A program made the position numbers and the translations under genes. The notes beneath the pieces were generated by a model. It saw only the letters and a program-made list of their open reading frames with translations. It made no database searches and was not told the DNA's origin. A DNA stretch of 62,910 nt, the filler included. It is 5 parts of 5 records of this genome, joined end to end, with 100 filler letters (N's around TTAATTAATTAA, not from the genome) between each part and the next. Parts side by side here need not be neighbours in the genome. Positions count along the whole stretch, not along the records: positions 1 to 25,621 come from DRR723986_22280; 4 more parts are not named here. One strand, 5' to 3'. Every line of letters starts with the position of its first letter. The stretch's first letter is position 1. Below, in pieces: positions 1 to 10,232 of the stretch.

Positions 1-241
1 ATCCCGCAAGGCTCACCCATCCGGATGATATCCTCCGGAAATCATCATTAGAAACAAATAAATAGTAGACTCCATTAAAATCGTGGTAGTACCTAAAATG
101 AATTTTGAATAAAGTCAAAGGCTGAAATTTCTTTTGGATGCTATATAAATCTACTTTCTGAATTTTTCCATTTTCACTCTATTTTCTAGGCTTTTTTGTT
201 TCTTTACACCCGAATTATTTTGCATTCAGCCTAATAGACCT

Positions 242-1558
242 ATGAGACAGCAACTCCTAAGATCCGGAGCGGAAGAATTGACCTATGAGATTCGTGGTAT
301 AGTGAAGAAAGCGCGTCAGGTCGAGGCCTTGGGCTATTCTATGACATGGGAAAACATCGGCGATCCTATCCAAAAGAGCAATCATGTGCCTGATTGGATG
401 AAAGAGATTATCGCTGATTTATTGAAAGAGGATAAAACTTACGGCTACGCGGACTCCAAAGGAGTGCTGGAAACCCGGAGATTTCTTGCTAATCTGAATA
501 ATGAAAGGGGAGGTACCCAAATCACAGCAGAGGATATTTTATTCTTCAACGGCTTGGGTGATGCTATCGCAAAACTGTATCAGTTTTTGATCCCTACGGC
601 AAGAATTATCGGTCCATCACCGGCATACAGTACCCATAGTTCTGCTGAAGCTGCTCATGCCAATGCTGCACCAATTACCTATAAACTTGATCCCGATAAT
701 CAATGGCTTCCAGATATGGAAGACCTGTATCTAAAGGTCCGTTATAATCCATCAATCGTTGGAATCTTGATAATCAATCCTGATAATCCAACAGGTATGG
801 TGTATCCAAGGGAGGTTTTGGAGGCTTTTGTGAAAATAGCTGAGGAGTTTAATCTGCTACTTATCACGGATGAGATCTACCAAAATATCACCTACAACGG
901 AATTATGGCTGTTCCACTGGCTGAAGTAATTGGAGATAGACCTGCGATTTCACTGAAAGGGATTTCAAAGGAATTTCCTTGGCCAGGATCACGCTGTGGC
1001 TGGATGGAATTTTATAACCGGGAATCTTCCAAAGAATTCTCCAAGCTCTGCCAGACACTTGAAAATGCCAAGATGATCGAGGTCTGCTCTACTATCTTGC
1101 CTCAGCTAGCTATCCCAAAAATCATGAAGCATCCAGCTTACTTCAAGTACAGGGAAGAAGCAAATGCTCAAATAGGCAAGCGAAGCGAGTGGATGAGTGA
1201 AATCTTGGGGGATATTCCTGGAATCAAATTTAATCCTACTCAAGGAGCTTTTTATAATACCATTGTATTTGAGGAGGGAGTATTGAAAGAAGATCAGTTT
1301 CTTCCGATTGAAGATCAGAAATTACAATCATTGCTGGATTCCTGGCTGGAAGAGAAAAACATGCCTTTGGATAAGCGCTTTGTTTATAATTTATTGGCTG
1401 CCGAGCAGATTTGTGTGGTTCCTATTTCTTCTTTTTGCTCAGATTTGAGAGGGTTCCGAGTGACGCTTTTGGAGGAGAATGAGGAAGTGTTTAAGAATAC
1501 GTTTAGGAGACTGGGGAAGGCGATTAGGAGGTATTTGAAGTCGGAAGTGGAAGTTTAG
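242..1558 (+). CDS. PLP-dependent aminotransferase class I/II (AlaA/AlaT-like)
   Basis: 438 aa; motifs NIGDP, INPDNPTG, DEIY and SKEFPWPGSRCGW (PLP lysine region). Confidence 0.9.
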   Translation: MRQQLLRSGAEELTYEIRGIVKKARQVEALGYSMTWENIGDPIQKSNHVPDWMKEIIADLLKEDKTYGYADSKGVLETRRFLANLNNERGGTQITAEDILFFNGLGDAIAKLYQFLIPTARIIGPSPAYSTHSSAEAAHANAAPITYKLDPDNQWLPDMEDLYLKVRYNPSIVGILIINPDNPTGMVYPREVLEAFVKIAEEFNLLLITDEIYQNITYNGIMAVPLAEVIGDRPAISLKGISKEFPWPGSRCGWMEFYNRESSKEFSKLCQTLENAKMIEVCSTILPQLAIPKIMKHPAYFKYREEANAQIGKRSEWMSEILGDIPGIKFNPTQGAFYNTIVFEEGVLKEDQFLPIEDQKLQSLLDSWLEEKNMPLDKRFVYNLLAAEQICVVPISSFCSDLRGFRVTLLEENEEVFKNTFRRLGKAIRRYLKSEVEV

Positions 1559-1562
1559 TAGG

Positions 1563-1633
1563 CAGTTGCAGTGATCAGTCGCAGTGATCAGTCCCACTTT
1601 GCAGTTACAGTGGTCAGTCTCAGTTTTCAGTCA
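1563..1633 (+). repeat. Degenerate 13-bp tandem array (consensus CAGTCGCAGTGAT, ~5.5 units), left flank of the four-helix-bundle gene
   Basis: cagttgcagtgat|cagtcgcagtgat|cagtcccactttg|cagttacagtggt|cagtctcagtttt|cagtca read directly. Confidence 0.85.
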
Positions 1634-1689
1634 TAGAGATCAACCTTAGATGGCATCTTAGGTTTCAGTTGTACTGGCAGACTGAGGGA

Positions 1690-2061
1690 TTATTTCGAGG
1701 AGACACCGAATTTGGAAGGATTCAACATCATATAGTTTATCAGTTTCCCAACTTCTGTTGCTTTTTGGGTGAGTTCTATATGAGTTTCATCGCTTATATA
1801 TTCGCATGCATGAGAGAAGTCTAGCCAAACATTGGTCTCGCTATTTTCCATGTCAGCATCGCTGAGCTTAGATTTAAAATGAGCTGGGTATTGCCTTTTT
1901 CTATATGATTCAGCTATGCATGCACACACAGATCTACTTGATCTTCTAATTTGATCCGTTAGAGAATATCTTTCTTCCTTTGGGAAGTTTTTGGAAATGT
2001 GGAAAATACACATTGCTAAATCAAATCCTTTTTTGAATGCCAAAAGGTCTTTGTAGTCCAT
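1690..2061 (-). CDS. Four helix bundle protein (23S rRNA IVS-encoded protein/Avd-like family)
   Basis: 123 aa; YKDLLAFKK, FPKEERYSLTDQIRRSSRSVCACIAE, SETNVWLDF family signature. Confidence 0.9.
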   Translation of the reverse strand: MDYKDLLAFKKGFDLAMCIFHISKNFPKEERYSLTDQIRRSSRSVCACIAESYRKRQYPAHFKSKLSDADMENSETNVWLDFSHACEYISDETHIELTQKATEVGKLINYMMLNPSKFGVSSK

Positions 2062-2137
2062 GAGGTTTAATTTTTTAGCATGAAAATTTTGTTTTATTAA
2101 CCATTTCGTTACCTAAATACCCTCGTAATACCTGGGC

Positions 2138-2173
2138 ACTGATCCCTGCGACTGAATACTGCGACTGAACACT
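2138..2173 (-). repeat. 13-bp tandem array (~2.8 units) in inverted orientation to 1563-1633
   Basis: actgatccctgcg|actgaatactgcg|actgaacact; reverse complement unit cgcagtattcagt matches the left array. Confidence 0.85.
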
Positions 2174-3113
2174 AATTATCATGTTCTCTTGTCTTGATTT
2201 TAGAGTCCTGAACAATAACTTCTTCCTCCACCGATTCCTTTGAAAAGGCCGATAAATCAGGTTGCCCGGAATTGACCCAGGCAGTAAACCAAAAGTCTGC
2301 GATCATCTTGATGGATTTTTTCATCTGTCTCTCGATCTGGCTGTCCAAAGCAAGGGCGTAAGCTTCTGTGAATTCTCTGGAGTAAACGCGAACGGTTAAG
2401 TTGTTCCGTTCTTCGTAGCTGTATTTTTGATCAGGTGAAAAGCTTTTTGTCAATTCTTTTTCTATTGCCAATACGCTGTCAACTTGTGCATGTGCAGCTG
2501 CTACAGCATCCCAAAGTGCCAATTGCGGTTTGTCAATATACTCCGCCTTCCCAACCCAAAGCGGATAGTCTTTTGCCTGAAGCTCAGGAATGCGACTTTC
2601 CCAGAACCCATGGATTCCTACTTGATCCGTAAGCTGTCCATTGTAATTCACTGTGGTGTGAAGCGGCACATTCAGATCGCCTATGTAATGCCCCAAGTCA
2701 GCAGAAAGACGAAGAATAGCAGCCGAGTTCTTGGTTTCGAACGCTTTTGTAAGGTTTAGAAAAGTGAAATAGGCCGACCAAGGTCCAATTCCATTCAGTC
2801 TCAAGCTGTCTTCAGTAAATTTTTCTACCGCTTCGTTCCAGTATTTTGGTAGAATTTGCAAAGCAGAATCTCCATAATAATCCAAATCTATGTAGTGTTT
2901 TTCCGCTTCTCCTTCCACTGCATATCGTCTGCGGTCTGGGTTCACGGCGTTCTCGGTAATGTATTGTATATGAGGTTTGTAAAAGCCGATCATTTCCTCA
3001 GGAAGAGAAAAGACAGCAAGTCTATTTATTAAAGAATGCGCATAAAATCCCCAAGTGGCGAAGGTAGCTGAGATCAAAGTCACAGAAAAAATGAGAGCTT
3101 GAAAAAATTTCAT
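2172..3113 (-). CDS. Secreted zinc-dependent phospholipase C / S1-P1 nuclease family protein
   Basis: Signal peptide, then WGFYAH; EAEKHYIDLD; HYIGDLNVPLHTT; IHGFWES zinc ligands. Confidence 0.85.
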   Translation of the reverse strand: MKFFQALIFSVTLISATFATWGFYAHSLINRLAVFSLPEEMIGFYKPHIQYITENAVNPDRRRYAVEGEAEKHYIDLDYYGDSALQILPKYWNEAVEKFTEDSLRLNGIGPWSAYFTFLNLTKAFETKNSAAILRLSADLGHYIGDLNVPLHTTVNYNGQLTDQVGIHGFWESRIPELQAKDYPLWVGKAEYIDKPQLALWDAVAAAHAQVDSVLAIEKELTKSFSPDQKYSYEERNNLTVRVYSREFTEAYALALDSQIERQMKKSIKMIADFWFTAWVNSGQPDLSAFSKESVEEEVIVQDSKIKTREHDN

Positions 3114-3242
3114 ACCTAAAAATAATCAAAATCTTTGGCAGATAAATGAATGTATAATCGGTATATTTGCCCCGTAAACGATGGTTTTGCCAAATTATTG
3201 GATTTGAAAAGGACTGCTTTGATAGGGAATGTTTAAAATTCC

Positions 3243-3274
3243 TTTGGCAGATTTAATAAATTACAATAACTTTG
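3243..3274 (+). promoter_or_regulatory. Bacteroidota housekeeping promoter (-33 TTTG / -7 TAnnTTTG) for rpsT
   Basis: TTTG at 3243-3246, TAACTTTG at 3267-3274, 20-nt spacer; a second -7-like TATATTTG at 3162-3169. Confidence 0.7.
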
Positions 3275-3325
3275 CACTCCGATTCGGAATAGGGACACGT
3301 AAAGAAATTCAATTATAATTAAGAT

Positions 3326-3580
3326 ATGGCAAATCACAAATCAGCTCTGAAGAGAATTCGTGCTAACGAAGCTAAGCGTTTGAGAAACAGATATCAGGCT
3401 AAAACAACTAGAACTTTCATCAAAAGATTGAAAGCAACTACCGATAAAGTAGAAGCTTCTGAACTTTACAAGAAAGTATCTTCTATGTTGGACAAGTTGG
3501 CTAAGAAGAATGTGATTCACAAGAACAACGCAAGTAACAAAAAATCAAGATTGGCCAAGTTCGTTTCTGCTCTAGGTTAA
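3326..3580 (+). CDS. rpsT: 30S ribosomal protein S20
   Basis: MANHKSALKRIR...IHKNNASNKKSRL. Confidence 0.98.
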   Translation: MANHKSALKRIRANEAKRLRNRYQAKTTRTFIKRLKATTDKVEASELYKKVSSMLDKLAKKNVIHKNNASNKKSRLAKFVSALG

Positions 3581-3602
3581 TTCTACAAGATTTTATTTCT
3601 CT

Positions 3603-3629
3603 AAAACCCTGCTTGTCAGGGTTTTTTTT
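3603..3629 (+). terminator. Rho-independent terminator of rpsT
   Basis: aaaaccctg-cttgt-cagggtttt followed by T run. Confidence 0.85.
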
Positions 3630-3676
3630 GTGCCCTGAAGTAATTAAATTCATAGCTCACTTTTTAATGGATTGCT

Positions 3677-4372
3677 ATGGATTCTTACTCCTCTATCAAA
3701 ATTTCCCAGCTTGCAGAAGAAGATCGTCCAAGAGAGAAGCTGCTTCTCAAGGGTAGGTCTGCGCTTACCGATGCCGAACTTATTGCAATCTTGATTGGAT
3801 CAGGTACTCCTTCTGTGAGTGCAGTGGATCTTTCTAAGCACATTCTTGGCAATGTCAATTATGACCTACGTGCTTTGGCAAAACTCTCAATCCAGGATCT
3901 TAAGAAATTCAAGGGAATAGGGGAGGCAAAAGCCATCTCAATCATTGCTGCTATGGAATTGGCTCGTAGGAGGAAGGATTCAGAACCTGTGGTAAAGCCT
4001 AAGATTACCTGCTCGCAGGATATTTATGATCTGATGCGCCCAGAGTTACTCGATGAGCAGGTTGAGTATTTTTATTTGATTCTATTGAATAGAGGTAATC
4101 AGGTGATGAAAAAGTACCTAGTGTCCCAAGGTGGTACTGCAGGGACCGTAGTTGATCCTAAAATCGTTTTTAAAATAGCTTTGGAGCACCTGGCTCAGTC
4201 AATAATATTAGTTCATAATCATCCTAGTGGTAATTTAAGCCCCTCTGAACAAGACAAGCGGCTGACTCAACGATTGGTCAAAGTAGGCAGAGAATTAGAT
4301 TTGCCTGTACTTGACCATGTGATTTTTACAGATAGTGGCTACTTTAGCTTCGCCGATGATGGCATTCTCTAA
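3677..4372 (+). CDS. radC: RadC family (JAB/MPN domain) protein
   Basis: RPREKLL, KGIGEAKA, HNHPSG, VLDHVI motifs. Confidence 0.95.
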   Translation: MDSYSSIKISQLAEEDRPREKLLLKGRSALTDAELIAILIGSGTPSVSAVDLSKHILGNVNYDLRALAKLSIQDLKKFKGIGEAKAISIIAAMELARRRKDSEPVVKPKITCSQDIYDLMRPELLDEQVEYFYLILLNRGNQVMKKYLVSQGGTAGTVVDPKIVFKIALEHLAQSIILVHNHPSGNLSPSEQDKRLTQRLVKVGRELDLPVLDHVIFTDSGYFSFADDGIL

Positions 4373-4478
4373 TTCCTTTGGAAATAGCCTGCTTCAATCA
4401 GATTGTTCTGAAAAGCTTAGCTCGCTATTATTTGGAAATTATTATTGCATATGGCTTTAAAAAGTCAATTATAAACAG

Positions 4479-5096
4479 ATGAAAAACAATACAATTATAC
4501 TTCTGATTATCTCAGTGGTGGTTTTTGCTGCAGTTGTTTACACTTTGACGAGTGCTGAATCTCCTGAAGATTACATAGAAAAGATAGAGGCTGAGCGGGA
4601 AAGACAATTCAAGTTTATCCGTTTCAACTTCGAATCACCTCTTACTGATGAGCAGAAGGCTTCTTTTACCAAATTGAATTTTTACCCAATCGACCCAACC
4701 TACAAGGTGAAGGCAAGGATGGTGCCCATAGAAGACAGGAAGGTAAGAGAAGTTCCGCTTACGGATGGGACCAAAGAGAAATACATAGAGCACTCTTGGG
4801 CTGAATTTGAAATCAATGGCAAGGCTGAGAAGCTCTTGCTGCTCCAAGCGATTAATGAACCGGATAAGCGAAATTTCTTTTTGGCATTTGCAGATGAAAC
4901 CAGTGCAGTGGATACCTATGGAGGGGGACGTTATATCAACGCCCGTCAGGATGGGAAGAATAGCATCACCATAGATTTCAATCTGGCATACAATCCATAT
5001 TGTGCCTATAATCCCGATTATGCTTGCCCGCTGCCACCTAAAGAAAATTTACTGGACATCCCAATTCCAGTTGGGGAGAAAAATTACGAGAAATAG
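4479..5096 (+). CDS. DUF1684 domain protein
   Basis: TYGGGRY and DFNLAYNPYCAYNPDYACPLPP signature. Confidence 0.9.
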   Translation: MKNNTIILLIISVVVFAAVVYTLTSAESPEDYIEKIEAERERQFKFIRFNFESPLTDEQKASFTKLNFYPIDPTYKVKARMVPIEDRKVREVPLTDGTKEKYIEHSWAEFEINGKAEKLLLLQAINEPDKRNFFLAFADETSAVDTYGGGRYINARQDGKNSITIDFNLAYNPYCAYNPDYACPLPPKENLLDIPIPVGEKNYEK

Positions 5097-5214
5097 CCTT
5101 TTTGCCTAGCTCAAATCTCTTAAATTTGTACGCATTATTGAATAAAATGGGGTTTTCGAACCCCTTTTGTTTATCACGCAGGTCAATTCTGATTTGCTTT
5201 ATTTAGTACTACGA

Positions 5215-7626
5215 ATGAAAATCTCGATAAATCGATTAAAAAAATATATCCCTCATACCGAATCTGCAGAGGAAATCGGCGCCTTGCTGACGCAGTCTGG
5301 TTTGGAAGTGGAGGGAATAGAAGAATTTGTTTCAGTCAAAGGAGGTCTTGAAGGCATTGTGATTGGAGAGGTGTTGACCTGCGAAAAGCATCCCAATGCT
5401 GATAAATTAAGCATTACCACTGTAGACATTGGAACTGGAATTTCACCTATAGTTTGTGGAGCACCAAATGTGGCTAAAGGGCAGAAGGTGTTGGTTGCAA
5501 CGGTTGGAGCTACACTTTTTCCATCGGAAGGAGATTCATTCCAGATCAAAAAAGCAAAGATCAGAGGCGAGGTTTCTGAAGGTATGATCTGCGCTGAAGA
5601 TGAGTTAGGACTTGGTTCCAGCCATGCCGGGATTATGGTGTTGGACACGGATTTACCTAATGGTACTCCGGCTTCGGAATTCATTGAAGTTGGTCAGGAT
5701 CAGGTGTTGGAAATCGGTTTAACGCCAAACCGTGCAGATGCAGCTTCCCATTTAGGAGTTGCGCGAGATTTGAAAGCACTCTTGGGAAAGGATTTAGTGA
5801 TCGATGCTGCGCCTGAATTGAACCTAGAGGCTTCTGGTCCTGTGATTGAGGTGGAAGTTGAAAACACGACTGATTGCCCACGTTACGCCGGAGTGGTGGT
5901 TACCGATTTGAAAGTTGGGCCTTCTCCCGCTTGGCTTCAGAATTTCCTGAAGGCATTGGATTTGGAGCCAATCAATAATGTGGTGGATATCACCAATTTC
6001 ATTTTGCATGATTTGGGTCAGCCTCTTCACGCATTTGATGCAGAGAAAATTTCCGAAGGAAAAATCATCGTTGGCAAGCTTCCAAAGGACACAGAATTTG
6101 TGACTTTAGACGAAAAGAAGCGTAAGCTTTCCGGGGAGGAATTGATGATTAAAGATCCAAAAGGTGGACTGTGCATCGCTGGAGTTTTTGGTGGAGAAGA
6201 TTCTGGGGTTTCTGATAGCACTACTTCCATTTTCCTGGAATCGGCTTATTTTTCTCCCGATATCGTCAGAAAAGGATCCCAGTTTCATGGCTTGAAGACA
6301 GACGCTTCTTTCCGCTTCGAAAGAGGAACTGATCCTAATATGCCAGTTTATGCGCTGAAAATGGCGGTTAAACTGTTGCAGGTAATTGCTGGTGGAAAAG
6401 TGAGCTCTGAGCTGATTGATATCTATCCAGAGCCGATCGAGGATTTCGTGATCGACGTGAATTACGGTCATATCAATCGTCTGATTGGAAAGAAAATTGA
6501 ACCTGCTCAGGTGAAATCGATCTTAGAAAGCCTGGAGATCAACGTGGAAAATGAAACGGCAGAGGGCTTTACTGCCACTGCCAAGCCATATAGAGTGGAT
6601 GTAACTCGGGAAGCCGATATCATCGAAGAGATTTTAAGAATCTACGGTTTCCACAATGTGGAGCTTTCCGAAAACCTAAGAACGGATTACCTCGCAGAAC
6701 ATCCTGTGAAGGATCTGAATAAATTACAGTATCGTCTGACCGAGATTTTAACTGGTCAGGGCTACTACGAGATGATTACCAATAGCTTGACCAAGTCGAC
6801 TTATGCTGAGAAGTCGGGCTTCCTTGATCCAAAAGACAATGTTGTTATTTACAACAAGCTTAGCGAGGATCTGGATGTGATGCGTCAAAGTTTGCTTTAC
6901 TCCGGGCTGGAGGTTTTAGCCAGAAATATAAACCGTCGTCAGACCGATTTGAAATACTTTGAGTTTGGAACCGTTTATCATAAGGCTGAGGAAGGATATT
7001 CAGAAAGCAGGAGACTTTCTCTTTTCCTAACGGGAAAAAAGACTGCCGAAAGCTGGTTGGAGCCAACCAAAGCATTTGCTTTCGCAGACATTTATTCTAC
7101 GGTTGAAGCTATTTTGGAAAAGCTGAATGTACAGGCAGGCGATCTTTCTATGATTGAAACTGCGCCTTATGCCTATGGTTTGAAAATCATGCTTGGTCAG
7201 AAGGAATTGGCGACAATTGGCTTACTGGACGATAAGATTTTGAAGCAGGCAGAGGTGAGACAGGAAGTGTGGTTTGCTGATTTGAACTGGGATCTACTTT
7301 GCAAAAAAGCTACAGGCTTAAAGAAGTTTGAGGAGATCTCAAAATTCCCTGAAGTACGCAGAGATCTCTCTTTGGTGATAGACAAAACAGTGAGCTATGA
7401 TCAGGTCAAAACGGTAGCCACAAAGTTTGGTGGAAAATTATTGAAAAGAATTGGAGTTTTTGATGTGTACCAAGGTGATAAAATTGATGCAGGCAAAAAG
7501 GCATATGCATTAAGTTTTCACTTACAGGATCAGGAAAATACGTTAACTGATAAGGTAATTGACAAAACTATGAGTAAATTGATTCAAGCCTTTGAAAAAG
7601 AGGTTGGTGCTTTGATAAGAACATAG
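5215..7626 (+). CDS. pheT: Phenylalanine--tRNA ligase beta subunit (start re-called at ATG 5215)
   Basis: MKIS..., HPNADKL, IVCGAPNV, LTPNRAD, RFERG, VRRDLS, FDVYQG. Confidence 0.97.
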   Translation: MKISINRLKKYIPHTESAEEIGALLTQSGLEVEGIEEFVSVKGGLEGIVIGEVLTCEKHPNADKLSITTVDIGTGISPIVCGAPNVAKGQKVLVATVGATLFPSEGDSFQIKKAKIRGEVSEGMICAEDELGLGSSHAGIMVLDTDLPNGTPASEFIEVGQDQVLEIGLTPNRADAASHLGVARDLKALLGKDLVIDAAPELNLEASGPVIEVEVENTTDCPRYAGVVVTDLKVGPSPAWLQNFLKALDLEPINNVVDITNFILHDLGQPLHAFDAEKISEGKIIVGKLPKDTEFVTLDEKKRKLSGEELMIKDPKGGLCIAGVFGGEDSGVSDSTTSIFLESAYFSPDIVRKGSQFHGLKTDASFRFERGTDPNMPVYALKMAVKLLQVIAGGKVSSELIDIYPEPIEDFVIDVNYGHINRLIGKKIEPAQVKSILESLEINVENETAEGFTATAKPYRVDVTREADIIEEILRIYGFHNVELSENLRTDYLAEHPVKDLNKLQYRLTEILTGQGYYEMITNSLTKSTYAEKSGFLDPKDNVVIYNKLSEDLDVMRQSLLYSGLEVLARNINRRQTDLKYFEFGTVYHKAEEGYSESRRLSLFLTGKKTAESWLEPTKAFAFADIYSTVEAILEKLNVQAGDLSMIETAPYAYGLKIMLGQKELATIGLLDDKILKQAEVRQEVWFADLNWDLLCKKATGLKKFEEISKFPEVRRDLSLVIDKTVSYDQVKTVATKFGGKLLKRIGVFDVYQGDKIDAGKKAYALSFHLQDQENTLTDKVIDKTMSKLIQAFEKEVGALIRT

Positions 7627-7628
7627 AA

Positions 7629-7913
7629 ATGATTCAAGAGGAACTGCAAAAATTAGAGAAACTAGCGCTACAGGCGAGTACTAAATTGCTTGAGATCAGT
7701 GAGGAGAATCAGCAATTGAAACAAAAATTATCAGAAGTAAGTACGGCTTTGGATAAAAAAGAGCAGGAAATCGAACATTTTAAAAATAAAATTAAAATTA
7801 GTAACATTGTAGACAACCAACCGGTGAATCCGGAACAGTCAACTGAAATGAGTGAACTAATCAATAATTATATACAAGAAATCGATCATTTAATCACCTA
7901 CTTATCTGAGTGA
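7629..7913 (+). CDS. Small coiled-coil protein (ZapB-like position between pheT and zapA)
   Basis: Heptad-rich 94 aa; INNYIQEIDHLI C-terminus; conserved position. Confidence 0.7.
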   Translation: MIQEELQKLEKLALQASTKLLEISEENQQLKQKLSEVSTALDKKEQEIEHFKNKIKISNIVDNQPVNPEQSTEMSELINNYIQEIDHLITYLSE

Positions 7914-7914
7914 T

Positions 7915-8199
7915 ATGGAGACACTTGCCATCAGATTAAAAATAGGGGATAGAGAATATCCTATGCGCGTGAAGATCGAGGACGAGTCCAAAATCCGGCA
8001 TGCTGGCAAGCTGATTAATGAAAAATTAAGAAAGTATAAAGAGGAGTACGGACTGGACGATAACCAGGATTTGCTGGCGATGGTAGCCTTCGATTGCATG
8101 GTGGAATCGTTAGAAACCAACCAAGTGAACACGGAAGATTCAGAGCATATTAAATCCAGTATTTCTCATATTAATGCCTTGTTAGCTAAGGCGTTGTAA
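7915..8199 (+). CDS. zapA: Cell division protein ZapA
   Basis: IGDREYPM, DNQDLLAMVA; pheT-zapA-rny synteny. Confidence 0.9.
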   Translation: METLAIRLKIGDREYPMRVKIEDESKIRHAGKLINEKLRKYKEEYGLDDNQDLLAMVAFDCMVESLETNQVNTEDSEHIKSSISHINALLAKAL

Positions 8200-8266
8200 T
8201 TATTTATAACACAAAAATCAGGAGATTTTTCAGATTCCCCAAGGTCTAATTATATCCAAAATACCT

Positions 8267-9832
8267 ATGGGAGACATACTATATATTGTCCTCGCAGCCC
8301 TTGTTGGGACTGGTGCAGGAGCCGCTATTGCTGGCGCATTGATAAAAAATAAAAACGCAAAATTAGAAGAAGAGACTCGGGAACGCGTGAAATCCATGCT
8401 CAGAGAAGCTGAGATCAACGCTGAGTCTATCAAGAAAGACAGAATTCTAGAAGCAAAAGAAAAGTACCTCAAGCTGAAATCTGAGTTTGATGAGGAGATG
8501 AATAATAAGAAGAATATTATCATCACCAACGAGAATAAAGTTAAGCAAAGAGAGCAGCAAGTTTCCAAGGAGTTGGAGCAGGTGAAGCGAAAAGAAGCAG
8601 AATTGGATAGTAAATCTGAGAACTTAAATGCTCAATTACATTCTTTAAAAATCAAAAAAGAGGAACTCGATCGAGTAACGAATCAGCGTATCGCAGACCT
8701 TGAAAAAGTTGCTAATCTTACCCGTGAAGAAGCTCGTGATCAATTGGTGACTATGCTTACCGAGGAAGCTAATTCCAGAGCCTCTTCCCAGATCAAAGAC
8801 ATTCTTGACGAGGCAAAACTTACAGCTACCAAGCAGGCGAAGAAGATCGTTTTGGATACCATACAGCGTACAGCAACTGAGCATGCTGTGGAAAACTGCG
8901 TGTCTGTATTCAACATCGAAAGTGATGATATCAAAGGTAAAATCATTGGTAGAGAAGGAAGAAACATCCGTGCGCTGGAAGCAGCTACAGGTGTGGAGAT
9001 TGTTGTTGATGATACGCCAGAAGCAATTATTATTTCCGGTTTTGATCCGGTAAGAAGAGAGGTAGCTAGACTTTCACTTCATAGATTGGTGCAGGATGGA
9101 CGTATTCACCCAGCGAGAATCGAAGAAGTTGTTGCTAAAACTGAAAAGAATATAGAAGAGGAAATCGTCGAGATTGGCGAAAGAACTTGTATAGATCTTG
9201 GCATTCACGGTTTGCATCCTGAGTTGATCAGAATGGTAGGACGTATGAGATACAGATCTTCCTACGGTCAAAACCTATTGCAGCACTCAAGAGAAGTGGC
9301 TAAGCTTTGTGCTACCATGGCTGCTGAAATGGGCTTGAATGCCAAGATGGCGAAGCGCGCAGGTTTACTTCACGATATTGGAAAAGTATGGCATGAGGAG
9401 CAGGAACTTCCACACGCAGTATTGGGTATGGAGCTTGCCAAGCGATACAAAGAGCATCCTGAGATTTGCAATGCAATCGGAGCTCACCACGATGAAATTG
9501 AGATGACTTCCATGATCTCGCCGATTGTACAGGCTTCTGATGCGATATCAGGCGCGAGACCAGGCGCAAGACGCGAAGTGATGGATAGTTACATCAAGCG
9601 TCTGAAAGACCTTGAGGAACTTGCTTTGAGCTTTGACGGGGTGAATAAATGCTTTGCTATGCAGGCAGGTCGTGAACTACGGGTTTTGGTAGATGCAGAT
9701 AATGTAGATGATTCTACAGCAGGTAAGCTTTCTTTTGATATTTCTCAGAAAATAGAAAAGGAAATGCAATACCCAGGACAGATCAAGATTACAGTAATCA
9801 GAGAAATGAGATCTGTCAATTACGCTAGATAA
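8267..9832 (+). CDS. rny: Ribonuclease Y
   Basis: N-terminal TM and coiled coil; KH ([12 protein letters not shown]); HD (LLHDIGK); QAGRELRV. Confidence 0.97.
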   Translation: MGDILYIVLAALVGTGAGAAIAGALIKNKNAKLEEETRERVKSMLREAEINAESIKKDRILEAKEKYLKLKSEFDEEMNNKKNIIITNENKVKQREQQVSKELEQVKRKEAELDSKSENLNAQLHSLKIKKEELDRVTNQRIADLEKVANLTREEARDQLVTMLTEEANSRASSQIKDILDEAKLTATKQAKKIVLDTIQRTATEHAVENCVSVFNIESDDIKGKIIGREGRNIRALEAATGVEIVVDDTPEAIIISGFDPVRREVARLSLHRLVQDGRIHPARIEEVVAKTEKNIEEEIVEIGERTCIDLGIHGLHPELIRMVGRMRYRSSYGQNLLQHSREVAKLCATMAAEMGLNAKMAKRAGLLHDIGKVWHEEQELPHAVLGMELAKRYKEHPEICNAIGAHHDEIEMTSMISPIVQASDAISGARPGARREVMDSYIKRLKDLEELALSFDGVNKCFAMQAGRELRVLVDADNVDDSTAGKLSFDISQKIEKEMQYPGQIKITVIREMRSVNYAR

Positions 9833-9912
9833 AGGAGCAGGAAGACAGAAGACGGAAGACGGGAGTAGCGAACATCGGCTTGGTGCTGTGTTTCTGTTTG
9901 AATATTTAATTT

Positions 9913-9947
9913 AAATGGCAGTTGCTGAAAAGTGGCTGCCATTTTTT
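9913..9947 (+). terminator. Rho-independent terminator after rny
   Basis: aaatggcagttgct-gaaa-agtggctgccattt plus T run. Confidence 0.8.
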
Positions 9948-9953
9948 GTCACC

Positions 9954-10125
9954 TCGGCCAGTGTCTCACAGGCCGAAACTTTTCAGTCTAAATGACATGT
10001 GATTGCATTGCAGATAGGAAGGCTTCACTGAATAATTATAGTTTAGGTCTGTGGGATACAGACCACTGCGCAAGGAAAACCTTGGTCTATGCCTGCCTTG
10101 CAAGTAAGCATGTCTCGCAGACCGA
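9954..10125. repeat. Cluster of three degenerate REP-like palindromes (consensus TCGGTCTGTGTCTCACAGACCGA)
   Basis: 9954-9976 tcggccagtgtctcacaggccga; 10046-10064 ggtctgtgggatacagacc (inverted); 10082-10125 copy interrupted by a 19-nt insert. Confidence 0.65.
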
Positions 10126-10232
10126 TTTAAATTTGGTATAAACCAGTGGCAGATCACCTTAGATAACGTAGATTTTAATCCTTATTTTGAGGTTAGTTAC
10201 TAATTTAGTGCTACCCTTTTTATTTTAAGCGT

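Noticed and set aside
13-75. 20-codon minus-strand ORF (MESTIYLFLMMISGGYHPDG) with small palindromes at the window start
   Set aside because: Too short and without downstream context; cannot be supported
1563-2173. Repeats around an Avd-like gene as a DGR or CRISPR array
   Set aside because: No reverse transcriptase, no TR/VR pair, no spacers and no cas genes; units are contiguous 13-mers
3677-4372. radC as a mobile-element or anti-defence marker
   Set aside because: Full-length chromosomal type with N-terminal HhH region in a housekeeping rpsT context
8200-8266. 6S RNA expected downstream of zapA
   Set aside because: Gap is only 67 nt and has no long rod structure
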